From NCBI GenBank assembly GCA_946965045.2, contig OX337231.1, forward strand, positions 930,001 through 994,000: 64,000 nt of DNA, written 5' to 3'. Each line of letters opens with the position of its first letter. Position 1 is the first letter of the stretch. The notes beneath the pieces were generated by a model. It had not been told where the DNA came from and did no database searches. It was given only the letters and a program-made list of their open reading frames with translations. Below are positions 1 to 9,843 of this stretch, piece by piece. The position numbers and the translations under genes were made by a program. Origin of the DNA: Epithemia pelagica (taxonomy: Eukaryota; Protista; Bacillariophyta).

Positions 1-1662
1 GTCCATACCAAGATTTGGTAGTCGTTGATTCACGGAACTAGTGAGTTTGTCTGCGATGAGTTGACGTTGCTGAGACAGATCCCTACAAGCAGCAACATAG
101 TCGTTAAATGCTGCTGCTTCCTTGGAAACAAGCTTGTCCAATAAATCAAGGGCTTCGTCGCATCCACTTTGCTCCGCCATCAAAGCCTGGTGACAGGAAG
201 GTAGTGTAGAAGCCGCTACACCGTGCTTTCTCGCTAAGCTGGCCCATTCGAGCAGAATTCCATCCACCATTTCCATACTGACTGGGCAAACGGATAGCTC
301 CGCCTCCGAACTCTGAATGAGTCCACCTTCCAGGTTTTGAGCACATCGTTTGGTTGCCTCCTCCACACTGTTGAGCAAATCATGACACTGCTCTGCCGCA
401 TCCAAAATAGTTGTATCTTCTCCAGCGTCCGATGACTCACAAGCCTCGTTGATGAAGGACCGGGATCGTTCAATAGCTGTGAGCACTGATTCTTGGGATG
501 ACAGCATTGTGAGTGTGTTCAATGCGTTGTGGGCCGAAACAAGTTTGTGTTCCAAGGAGCGGACGGCATCTCTCAAATTTGTGAGAAGTTTATACACGGT
601 CGATTCAAAACCATTTTTCTGTAAAGATGCATTGTCCATCCAATCGGATCCAGCAAGTTGATTGCAAATGGCCAAAATTCCCGATTTCTTGCTTTCTAAT
701 CCATCCAACGATTGGCATAGATTCACAACTCGTTCTTGGAATGTATCCAATTCATCAATCCAATGTGAAAGAAGTTTGGCATCTTCTTCGTTCTCAATCG
801 AAAATCCCTTTGGGAGGGAACGATTGTCCAAGGAAGCCTGGACCTTCTCGCGCTCTTTTCGAAGGCTGCAGTACGCTTGCTTCTTCTTGATCACATCTCT
901 ACGTACCACTTCGGGAATGGCGGTATCCAGTATGGAAATGCGAGCATCTAGTTTGGCGAGAGCGTTGGCAGCCTTGGTGCCATCGACAATGGCCACAAGG
1001 GATTGAACGACCGATGCGAGTAGTTGCAAGGTGACCACATGTCCGTTGATTTCACACTTTGATTTGAGACGTAGTTTTCCCGGCGTAGCAGCCTCTTGCA
1101 ATGTTATAGTACGTCTGCAGTGCAATCTCTGGTGTGGTTGCGCCATTTCGGAATCTTCTAGAAGGGACATTTGGTTGGATTTGCAAATGTCCCGTATCAT
1201 GGAGCAATGCGGCTCCTCGAGAAAAAATTCCATTTCGGAAACGATTCCTTTCTTTCCGTGATCTCGACCCAACACTTTGGATGCCTTGCCTCCGCAAAGC
1301 AATTCAATAGCCTTGGCCAACAAGAGTGATTTCCCCGAGCCTGTTTCACCCGTACAAGCGACAAAGGACGACGCACCAGAGCTGGGAAAGTCAATGCGAA
1401 TATCTTGGTTTCCATCGACGCCTGTCACACCCCCCAGATTTCTCGAACTGACCCAGACTACTCGACTCGTTGGGCGGGTGGTCCGTGGTTGAGCATTGAC
1501 AGAAAAGGGAACCACACCCTGGTCCTGGGGCGTGTCATCTTCCGAGAAGAATCGACGCAGCTGTGACCGTTTCGCTCCACCAAACTCGGGTGCCAACGAG
1601 AACCCATGAGCCACCATCCGAAAGAGATACCATACTGTCAGGAAAAGGATGTGTCGTTGCAT
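1..1662 (-). CDS. recN: RecN-like SMC-family DNA repair ATPase with signal/transit presequence; 3' end runs off the window
   Basis: Not in the ORF track because there is no stop before the window edge. Manual translation from ATG 1662 is open to base 1: MQRHILFLTVWYLFRMVAHG-FSLAP...RNLGG...DIRIDF...FVACTGETGSGKS (Walker A as in RecN ITGETGAGKS), KSKCEINGHVVTLQLL...LVAIVDG, ARKHGV, LSQQRQLIADKLTSSVNQRLPNLGM (resembles the RecN coiled-coil end). The C-terminal ABC signature and Walker B lie outside the window. Confidence 0.85.
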   Translation of the reverse strand, partial: MQRHILFLTVWYLFRMVAHGFSLAPEFGGAKRSQLRRFFSEDDTPQDQGVVPFSVNAQPRTTRPTSRVVWVSSRNLGGVTGVDGNQDIRIDFPSSGASSFVACTGETGSGKSLLLAKAIELLCGGKASKVLGRDHGKKGIVSEMEFFLEEPHCSMIRDICKSNQMSLLEDSEMAQPHQRLHCRRTITLQEAATPGKLRLKSKCEINGHVVTLQLLASVVQSLVAIVDGTKAANALAKLDARISILDTAIPEVVRRDVIKKKQAYCSLRKEREKVQASLDNRSLPKGFSIENEEDAKLLSHWIDELDTFQERVVNLCQSLDGLESKKSGILAICNQLAGSDWMDNASLQKNGFESTVYKLLTNLRDAVRSLEHKLVSAHNALNTLTMLSSQESVLTAIERSRSFINEACESSDAGEDTTILDAAEQCHDLLNSVEEATKRCAQNLEGGLIQSSEAELSVCPVSMEMVDGILLEWASLARKHGVAASTLPSCHQALMAEQSGCDEALDLLDKLVSKEAAAFNDYVAACRDLSQQRQLIADKLTSSVNQRLPNLGMD

Positions 1663-2142
1663 GATTGTATTAATGGTTCAACGGTGCTGTTACATCGTCC
1701 CCAAAAGAATCCTTTCGCTCCGGCTGGTATCTTCGGGTGGTCTTGTTTCGTCGTTTGGTCGTGGTCGCGGATGTCGTCGCCGAGTCCGCGTTCCCAAAAG
1801 GGCGTGCACGCGCGAGCCTATATGTGGAGCGTTGGGTGGCGCGTGCACGCGGAACAGCGACTCTTCGGCTGGGGAGGGTTAAATCCAGGCTTCGCTGCAC
1901 CGCGGACTGCACCGCGACATGCAGACCATGTGCAAAAGTGAATATCGTCAAATCACTCAACTCCTCTGGTGTTGTCTGTCGTTTGTAATTTGTGTTGGTT
2001 GCTGTAGGCTCTTGTCTATCACTCCAAGTCGACACACAAGCACCCTGCATTGGTATCGCTTGTGGTTGTTGCAATTGCAAACTGCGGTGCATCCCTCTAG
2101 TTCTTCCTTCTTTTTGTGACAACAGCAACGGAAGCAGCAACC

Positions 2143-5100
2143 ATGAGTGATTCCCTGCCACCGCCAGCACCACCATCTTCGGCTTCTTCTTCGTCGTCGC
2201 ATCATCGGCGTCGTGGTCGACCAGGAACCCCTATTCCACCACCATCTCCTCCTCCACCCAATCCTCCCTTACGCGGGGCTGCCGGTGGCGGTGGTGGCAG
2301 CAATACAAGTTCTCCCTATCATCCTCATTCGGGTGGAGGTGTTGTTTCGTCCGATTTGTCCCCTCACACAGGTCCCCCACCAGCCTTGTTTTATTCTGAC
2401 GAAGAAGGAGAACAGGAAGACGATGGTTCGAATTCCAGGAATCGAATGTACGGTCCACCCTCCTTGCCACAATCTCCGGCATCGCAGGCACGAAAACTCT
2501 TGGCAGAACGAGGAGCCTTGTTGCTTTCGGCTACCATGGATGAAGATGACGACGAAGCAGCCTTGTATACCGAAGTCGTACTTTCGGATGATGAAATGGT
2601 CGAAACCTATACAGAACCAGACGATGATGATGATGAGGACGACGAAGCCGATACCGATGTAGAAGAAAATCGGGCGGCTGGTGTTTCGTCCATTGAAGTG
2701 TTTCAGTACAATCGTAGGGCCGGCGAGGAAGTCTCCTCCCACACGGCCACTCCAGTCAGTAGCAATCACAAAGCGAACCGACCTTCTGTACGGCGAACAC
2801 AGAGTGGACGCAAAGCAAGACCACCGTCCTTGGATAGCATGGATGATATTCTCAATGCTGGAGCCGTAAGTAACGAAGAGGAGGAGGAAGATTTTCGCAT
2901 TCGACGGTGGTTGGGACATTCGTCGTCGGCGCAGCCACCTGCCGCCATACCACCCCCTCCTGCTGGTGGAGGAGAAGACGGTTTGGCCTCGCCGCCGGCA
3001 CTTCGCCCCTCGCCCCCCTGGCAACGGTCGGGAAAGAACCATTTGGATGCGCTCTTTGTTGAGGACAAACCCTGGAGAAGCAATCGACCCAGTCATTCCC
3101 CCAAGAGAAAGAAACCAATAACTGCACCACATTCACAACCTCCTCAGCCACAAGCGGTGGCATCTGCTCCACCATTACAACCCAAGGAACCGCCTCAACA
3201 ACACCGTGGATCTATTTTGGGCTATCTTCGCAACAAACTACCAGGGAAAAAGTCAGATGCAGCAGCTGCAGCGTCCAGTTCGGTTCAGCCTACTGGTGAA
3301 TTCTCGGATGAAGATGGAGTGGAACCCAATCTGAATGCCGAAGCATCGTTTCAACCTGCCAAACCATCTTCGAAACCAGGGACACCGATCAAAAACCGAC
3401 GGACACGGTCGTTTGGAGACGTCGTTCCAGCCAGTGCCTACACACCACAGCAACAACAACAGCAAACGCAGGAGGATATAGGAAAGGAGGAAGATTCTCT
3501 GGAAGGACACGATTTGATTGTTGAAGCGGCCTCGTCCTTGTCATCCTTTGGTGATAACAATCAGAATGAATCGGAACAGGATGAATGGGAAGAATTTATG
3601 TTGGACGATGAAGATGAAGACGATGAGTATTTTGGCTGGGAACGACCTGTGGAATGGAAACGGTTGGCAGAATACAAGTTTCCCACTCAATTTTGTCGAC
3701 CCTTGCCTCCCCTGGCCGGTGGCGAATCAACGACATCTTCCAAGAACAAGGTAACGTCTCCAAACTTTTCTCTACGCCGGGCCAGTCATTTTGTGTGGCA
3801 ACATGGTATGTTATTACATGCAGCCTTGCAATTATTGATGGAACGAGATCATTTGGGTGACGAAGGATCCACCGATGCCTTGGACAATATTTGGAAAAAG
3901 GGACCCCTCAAGAAAATGACAACCGGTAAGGGGCCCAGCAAGTGGAAAGTCAAATACGTGGAAGTCCGTCGAGGAAATCTCTGTTATTACGAGGATTCTG
4001 GTGTAGAAACGGGTCGCAAAATCATTCACTTGCGTTCCTCTGATACCAGCATTCATGCTCGGTTAGAGCCTCCTACAGCCAAACAATCTTCTTTGTACGT
4101 CTTTGAAATGGTCAAATCGGGGTATCCTCGATTTGTATGGGCTGCTCGATCGGATGAGGAACGCCAAGCATGGATCCGTACCATTCAAGCTGCCATGCTA
4201 GGTCAAGGTATCACACATGAAGATGAGAGTAATGATGCCATTGCCGACCTGCAACGAAACTTCGTGGCGCAACATCAGGAGGGCATTGATCGATACACAG
4301 CCCTGCGACTGAAACTAAAAAAATTTGATTTGCATGAAGACTATGAGTCCGCAGTTCAAAACGCGTTGTTCTCGGGAGAAGCTCCAAGTGGCAGCGGTCG
4401 CTCCTGGCCCTTACAAATTCCTGTATCTTGGATTCGACAACAAGTGCAAGATTTGGGTGGGAAAAGCAGTGCCAATAAAAGCCCTGCTCAGAATATCAAA
4501 AATGGTGCCAATCGAATGAAGTCTGGTTTGACGGCATCCGGAACAGATCCTCAAAAGCAGATTCGTTCTTCGATTGCTGAGTTTTGGAACAATATGAAAG
4601 AAACGGCCTTTGCTGTCAATGGTTTAGTCATTTCTCGCGACATGCCCTTTTGTGCGGAGCGTGTGTTTGGGTCCCTGACTCGTTGTATCATGGAATTTGA
4701 CCGTGCTTTTGCAAATAGCAAATCTATGAACGACGGCCCTGGTGGACTGGGACCATCACATAATTCAGATACTTCAGCTGCGACCGTGACAGAGCTTCAG
4801 GCGGTGAGTTATGCGCGAGACATTTTAGTCGCCGTTCTCAAAACGCGAGAACAATATGATGTTTTGTACGCAGTCAATGATTTATTCCGCAATGATGATT
4901 TGGTAGTTGTGTCTGCCAAGGAAGATGAGAGCGTTGTCTACCTGGAAGTATCATTTGCTGGTGATGATTGGAAAGACTATGAGCAACCAGAAATGAATGT
5001 CACAGACAAGACGATATCACAGTGGTTGCATACCAAGAAACGATCGGTCGGGTGGAGAAGGCGTTTTGCTGTTCTTTCGGGAGTTGTTCTGAGCTATTAT

Positions 5101-6072
5101 GAATCGGCATCACCACGTCCACACGGACTGAAAGCTCAAACAGTCCTTGATCGTTCATCGGTTGTGGCCACACAGCCCGAGATTGACCGTAGCAATAGCG
5201 GCAACAGTAACCCGAAAGCAACGACTACTGAGACTGATGCGTCAAAAGAACCACAGCAGCAGACGAACAACAACCGAAGGCATGTATTAATTTTTTCCAC
5301 CAAAAACGAGAATCGGCTCTTGTCGTTTGAATCAGAAGCTGAAATGGTTGAATGGCAAGTGGCTTTACAAAATGCCATTGATTCTTGCGCCGTCGTCGCT
5401 CCCGATACCAAGCATGACGAAATCTCACCTCCCAATCAACCGCCCACAGAGCCAGGAAACAACCAAGGCTCCGAACCGATCAACAATGGTAAAAAGAAGT
5501 TCCGAGTAATTGGTTCTCGCGCAATCAAGAGCGGTGGGAAGAAGGTTCTCAACAGGGCTAAAGTCGTATTTGGTAAAAGTTTTCGACATCAGCACCAACA
5601 CGCAGACAGAAACGAAGGAACACCTGAAAATACCAACAATGAGAATGGTGACGCAGAACACGAAGAAGATGATGAAGATGAAATACAAGAGGGCGAAGAG
5701 GAAGAGGAACGGGAACGGGAACCTGCTCCGTATGTGGACATACCGAGGAGGAGACCATCTGTACACGCCCTCATGGACAACACGATGGCGACACAACAAG
5801 GAGTGGGGAAAAGAGAACAATCAGTTCAATGTGTAGTACAACATTTCCATCGATTTGTCATTCGGGATCGGTACAATTCACCAAACAAACCAGGAACAGC
5901 CGATGAGGACTGTCTTTTAACCGTGAGTGCCAAACTATTTCAGGCATTTATGATATCGGGTGGAGCCAATGGTCGACTTTCTCGCGGCAATGCACTTGTG
6001 GAAATTGACATTGCCGGCGATAAGCGAGATGGCCATATTTTGCGGAAGGTGCACAGAGCCGATTGTGTGTAA
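2143..6072 (+). CDS. Large protein with two PH domains and an acidic/Pro-rich N-terminus
   Basis: 1318-aa ORF, first ATG at 2143. PH1: WKKGPLKK...WKVKYVEVRRGNLCYYED...AARSDEERQAWIRTIQ. PH2: WLHTKK...WRRRFAVLSGVVLSYYES...FESEAEMVEWQVALQ. Confidence 0.8.
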   Translation: MSDSLPPPAPPSSASSSSSHHRRRGRPGTPIPPPSPPPPNPPLRGAAGGGGGSNTSSPYHPHSGGGVVSSDLSPHTGPPPALFYSDEEGEQEDDGSNSRNRMYGPPSLPQSPASQARKLLAERGALLLSATMDEDDDEAALYTEVVLSDDEMVETYTEPDDDDDEDDEADTDVEENRAAGVSSIEVFQYNRRAGEEVSSHTATPVSSNHKANRPSVRRTQSGRKARPPSLDSMDDILNAGAVSNEEEEEDFRIRRWLGHSSSAQPPAAIPPPPAGGGEDGLASPPALRPSPPWQRSGKNHLDALFVEDKPWRSNRPSHSPKRKKPITAPHSQPPQPQAVASAPPLQPKEPPQQHRGSILGYLRNKLPGKKSDAAAAASSSVQPTGEFSDEDGVEPNLNAEASFQPAKPSSKPGTPIKNRRTRSFGDVVPASAYTPQQQQQQTQEDIGKEEDSLEGHDLIVEAASSLSSFGDNNQNESEQDEWEEFMLDDEDEDDEYFGWERPVEWKRLAEYKFPTQFCRPLPPLAGGESTTSSKNKVTSPNFSLRRASHFVWQHGMLLHAALQLLMERDHLGDEGSTDALDNIWKKGPLKKMTTGKGPSKWKVKYVEVRRGNLCYYEDSGVETGRKIIHLRSSDTSIHARLEPPTAKQSSLYVFEMVKSGYPRFVWAARSDEERQAWIRTIQAAMLGQGITHEDESNDAIADLQRNFVAQHQEGIDRYTALRLKLKKFDLHEDYESAVQNALFSGEAPSGSGRSWPLQIPVSWIRQQVQDLGGKSSANKSPAQNIKNGANRMKSGLTASGTDPQKQIRSSIAEFWNNMKETAFAVNGLVISRDMPFCAERVFGSLTRCIMEFDRAFANSKSMNDGPGGLGPSHNSDTSAATVTELQAVSYARDILVAVLKTREQYDVLYAVNDLFRNDDLVVVSAKEDESVVYLEVSFAGDDWKDYEQPEMNVTDKTISQWLHTKKRSVGWRRRFAVLSGVVLSYYESASPRPHGLKAQTVLDRSSVVATQPEIDRSNSGNSNPKATTTETDASKEPQQQTNNNRRHVLIFSTKNENRLLSFESEAEMVEWQVALQNAIDSCAVVAPDTKHDEISPPNQPPTEPGNNQGSEPINNGKKKFRVIGSRAIKSGGKKVLNRAKVVFGKSFRHQHQHADRNEGTPENTNNENGDAEHEEDDEDEIQEGEEEEEREREPAPYVDIPRRRPSVHALMDNTMATQQGVGKREQSVQCVVQHFHRFVIRDRYNSPNKPGTADEDCLLTVSAKLFQAFMISGGANGRLSRGNALVEIDIAGDKRDGHILRKVHRADCV

Positions 6073-6369
6073 ATATAGAATGAAGCATCGATATGTTTGC
6101 AAAAATAGTGTGTGGATAAAATCCTGTTTTGTATGGTTTGTTTTTCTGTGACAACACGTTTCTTTTATGGCCGATCCTCATGGTTTCTTGAATCACTTTT
6201 CTCCTCTTACGGCTCCTTCATAAGCTCGACCTATGAGGTACCATAGTCCGACGATGGAAGTCTGGCTGTCAGAAATATGCTGTGTTCAGGAAAAATTTGT
6301 AGCAAAGTCTATTTATTGTCTATTGAATTCAATGGGAAGCTCAAGACATACCAAAATGAACGGAAAATC

Positions 6370-7242
6370 TTATTGAGCCAAGCCGTTTGGTACGCTGACA
6401 ACCATACCTTTGTTTGGACTGTGGACAACTTCGTCAACCAAATAGCTGGCAAGGGTGGAAGTTTCATGGTATTTTGAATTCTGCCGACTCGTCTTTCCTT
6501 TCACCAAGTACTTCTTTTGCATTCTCGCGATAGCACCTGACATTCGGCTTGTTGTTTGTTTCACTATCGAGAAGCGTTGTTCACCACGGATCGACGAAGT
6601 CAAAGCGGTGGGTCGTACAACTGTCGTTCTGGCTTGAATCGAGTCCTCCGATAGCAAGATCTGCTCTTGCTCTGTATGGTCATGTTTGATGTGTTCGCGT
6701 TTTGCTTCGACTGCTTTATTGAAAAGTCGACGGTTGTGATTTCCGTGTGGTTCATCAACAAGATGCGAAAATGAAACGACAATCAATCGAACCTGTCGGA
6801 ACTGATCATATCGTAGAACTTTAACGATAGAGCGTGCTGCTTCGGTTCGTAAATCTTCGGCGATGTTGTCGTCAATGGCGAAAACAATAGTGTCTGCCCC
6901 ACTAAGCAACAAAGCGCGGTGGAGATCCTGAGGCTTAGCTACATCTCCCTCAATAAGCATCTCTGTGTTCTTGAGATGAACTTTCATTGAATCCTGAGAA
7001 ACTCCCAGAATATCTCGACTCATTCCGTAAATTGTTGGGTGGTGTTCCGCGCTTGCAAGTTGTCGGACCACCTCTGTGCCCTCTCGTCCAGTAGCTCCAA
7101 TGATTAACACTGATTGACTGTATGCTAATGGTGTAACCTTGTCACTGTCGTTGCTTGCTCGGCTCTCTTCACTTGTTTCAGAGGCGTCGTCATATGAATC
7201 CTTCATTGACATGTACATTTCAAGGGTTATTTCTTGTGTCAT
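6370..7242 (-). CDS. NAD(P)-binding Rossmann-fold protein (atypical SDR / NmrA / flavin-reductase-like)
   Basis: VLIIGATGREGTEVVRQL nucleotide-binding motif, GDVAKPQDL, TTVVRPTAL. The start at ATG 7242 is a guess; the ORF is open to 7392. Confidence 0.75.
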   Translation of the reverse strand: MTQEITLEMYMSMKDSYDDASETSEESRASNDSDKVTPLAYSQSVLIIGATGREGTEVVRQLASAEHHPTIYGMSRDILGVSQDSMKVHLKNTEMLIEGDVAKPQDLHRALLLSGADTIVFAIDDNIAEDLRTEAARSIVKVLRYDQFRQVRLIVVSFSHLVDEPHGNHNRRLFNKAVEAKREHIKHDHTEQEQILLSEDSIQARTTVVRPTALTSSIRGEQRFSIVKQTTSRMSGAIARMQKKYLVKGKTSRQNSKYHETSTLASYLVDEVVHSPNKGMVVSVPNGLAQ

Positions 7243-7939
7243 GGTGAAATTTTGGGTTCTAATGGTTCGTGTTGTGATTTTTGCTATTTTGATTTTGTGA
7301 ATGGAAATGGGTGAACAAAACAAAGCGGTCACGAACCGATCACGCGCCATCCATGAAGACGAACAGTGCAGAACATCATGACTAAATGACACAACCTAGC
7401 GTGATAGTCAGACGAAGTTATGAGTCTATAAATTGGAACTTTAGGCGATGGACTATGGGGAGTTCGAGTTCCTATGCCTTCTTATTACTGACCGTGACCG
7501 CGCACCGCGCATTTCAAACGGCACGAGAAGAACAAAAATTTTGTTCCTATCGTCGTCACACCGACAAAACTGCATAGGCAGTCTATTTACTCGTAGGACA
7601 GCTAGGAGTCCGAGAGCAGCTAGGAGAAAAACCAAATGAAAGATGTTTCATGAGGATTATTTTTGTAGGTCAGCAATGGAATGAGTTTCAGTGAGGAATA
7701 GTGATTTAGCTTTGGTAATCTGACCCCTATGATAATGCGAAACCTTTTGTTATAACTTTCCCCGGCTTGACTCCAGCCTCCTAGACTTGTTTTGTGGTTT
7801 TTGTCTATTACTAAATGGAAATGAAAATCAGTGCTATTGTACATTCTCTACATTGGTTTCCCATACCCCTTAAGAAAAACAGATGAGGCATGGGTAAACG
7901 AACCGATATCACAGAGTAGTAGTAGAAAGACCGCTAAAT

Positions 7940-9424
7940 TCAATCCTGTGCTGCCCTGATCATTGCTGACAAGGCTTCCATTTCTTTCGTTTGTTTCTTC
8001 AATTTGAGTTCCAATGTTTCATCCTCGTCTTCGTCAGTTTCCTCCAGTTCCATCAGAGTTCTCATGGTTTCCTGGCGTTTTTGGAGAGCTCTCTTGCGTA
8101 GATCGGATCTTGTTTTGATTACTTTTGCCAAGTCTTTTTGTTGATTCATGAGAGCTTCCAAACTCACAGATAAAGATGTTAACCGATCATTCATGGAACC
8201 CGAACGTTGCATCAATTGATCATGCTCTTCCATCATATCAACCATGGTAAGACGAAGTCCCTTCAGTTCCGCGTTACATCCCTTCAATTTTGATTTTGTC
8301 TTTTCAAGTTCCCTGACAACATCTTCCGCTCCCTCTTGTTTGCGGGAGTTTGTGAGCCTCGCTTCTGAGATGGCATCCTGAAGTTCAATAATTTCTTCTT
8401 CTTGAAGGTCCGACTTAAAATTTGCCTCCTTAAGTTTCGATTCCATCGCCAATTTGTCTGCTCTGAGGCTGGCAATCTCGTCTTGAAGGGACTTGAGCTC
8501 TTCTTTGGAAATGATAGGCTTTTCGAGCTGTCGTGGAGGCAAACCGATATCATCATCGTCTTCTTTTTTCTCTTCTCCTTCCGGCTCAAGGTTCCGGTTG
8601 TATCTGTTCTTCTTGCTTGCGATTGATGGTTCAGGGGACTTTTTCGACACGGGTTTCATCGTCGAACGGCTGCGACTGGTCGACCGGGTCATGGAGCCAG
8701 TGGTGGAGGTATCGGTCGTAGCATCCGAAGCCCTTGGTTCTTTCCCATGCATGCGATTGACTGATCTCTTACTTCCCGAAGGTTGCATCTCATCATGGCT
8801 TGATGAGTCGTGGCTTGTGAACCATTTTTGCAGCACCGCGATCACCGAGTCTTTTTCTTGGTATTCACCAGCTCGAGCAAGGTCCAGAGGAGTGTTTCCC
8901 TCTGCGTCTCTGGCGTTGGCGACGTTGGGATTAGCCACCAAAAGCATGTCTACAACGCTCACTGAGCTGGGTCCCCAGCAAGCCAAGTAGTGGATAGGAA
9001 GCATACCGCGAGGGTCCTTCTTCTTTGCGGCGTCGGGGTACGAAACCAGCAAAATACGGGCGACATCGCGGGTTGCTTGATTACCGCATGCGTAGTGCAA
9101 GGCATACATTCCTTGATCATCCTGGCACCGAGCACCATCTGGGTAAGCACGAAGCAAAGCAGCAACGACGGAAATTGGCGGTTGGCGAGCACATGCCGAG
9201 TGGAGAGGAAGAAATCGCCACATGATACCACCCTCCTCCTCTTCTTCGTCATCATCGTCGTAGTGACGAACAACCCATGTCTTGGCTTGCTCCGGATCAC
9301 TTTTGCATACGTCGACAGCGCGTTCCCAGTCCTGATCTGTGATAGCTTGATAGAGATCCGTCAAATTCTTGTCGTAGTCCACCTCCAAGGTGGAGGGTGT
9401 GAAGCCGAAATCGCTCAGACTCAT
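7940..9424 (-). CDS. Ankyrin-like-head / coiled-coil protein (cluster paralogue 1)
   Basis: EVDYDKNLTDLYQAI...W...AKTWVVR...WRFLPLHSAC...YPDGARCQDDQGMYALHYAC...GMLPIHY...DAEGNTPLDLA, followed by a Ser/Lys-rich linker and a heptad-rich tail. ATG 9424. Confidence 0.8.
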   Translation of the reverse strand: MSLSDFGFTPSTLEVDYDKNLTDLYQAITDQDWERAVDVCKSDPEQAKTWVVRHYDDDDEEEEEGGIMWRFLPLHSACARQPPISVVAALLRAYPDGARCQDDQGMYALHYACGNQATRDVARILLVSYPDAAKKKDPRGMLPIHYLACWGPSSVSVVDMLLVANPNVANARDAEGNTPLDLARAGEYQEKDSVIAVLQKWFTSHDSSSHDEMQPSGSKRSVNRMHGKEPRASDATTDTSTTGSMTRSTSRSRSTMKPVSKKSPEPSIASKKNRYNRNLEPEGEEKKEDDDDIGLPPRQLEKPIISKEELKSLQDEIASLRADKLAMESKLKEANFKSDLQEEEIIELQDAISEARLTNSRKQEGAEDVVRELEKTKSKLKGCNAELKGLRLTMVDMMEEHDQLMQRSGSMNDRLTSLSVSLEALMNQQKDLAKVIKTRSDLRKRALQKRQETMRTLMELEETDEDEDETLELKLKKQTKEMEALSAMIRAAQD

Positions 9425-9843
9425 CTTTCGCAGCAGCAACTGCACTGCAAATAAGGTTCTGTTTTATAAAAACAATAATGAGAGGCGATTGCAATCAACA
9501 AGTTGTTCTGTTTCCAATGCCAGTGTCCTTTGAAAACAATCAGAGAGACAAGTAAGACTGAGCTCGCTTGTTTTTGTGTCGCCCACGTCAAAAAATGACG
9601 AACACTATCGCTTTTGGCGAAGGATTTCGCCCGGCGAAACTACACTATTATTCACATGCTTCTTGCGCCAGACTGTAGCTTCTCGTTAAAAGCGAACCGA
9701 CCAAAACAGGGCGACTGCACACTCGCAGAAACTTCATTTTAAATCTTAAAGTGACGTTTTGAATATCAGTCGTCTTTTAGTCGCCAACCGATATCCGTCA
9801 TTTACCAAGCTCATTTTTTCTCTCTCCAGAAAATGCGAACAAT

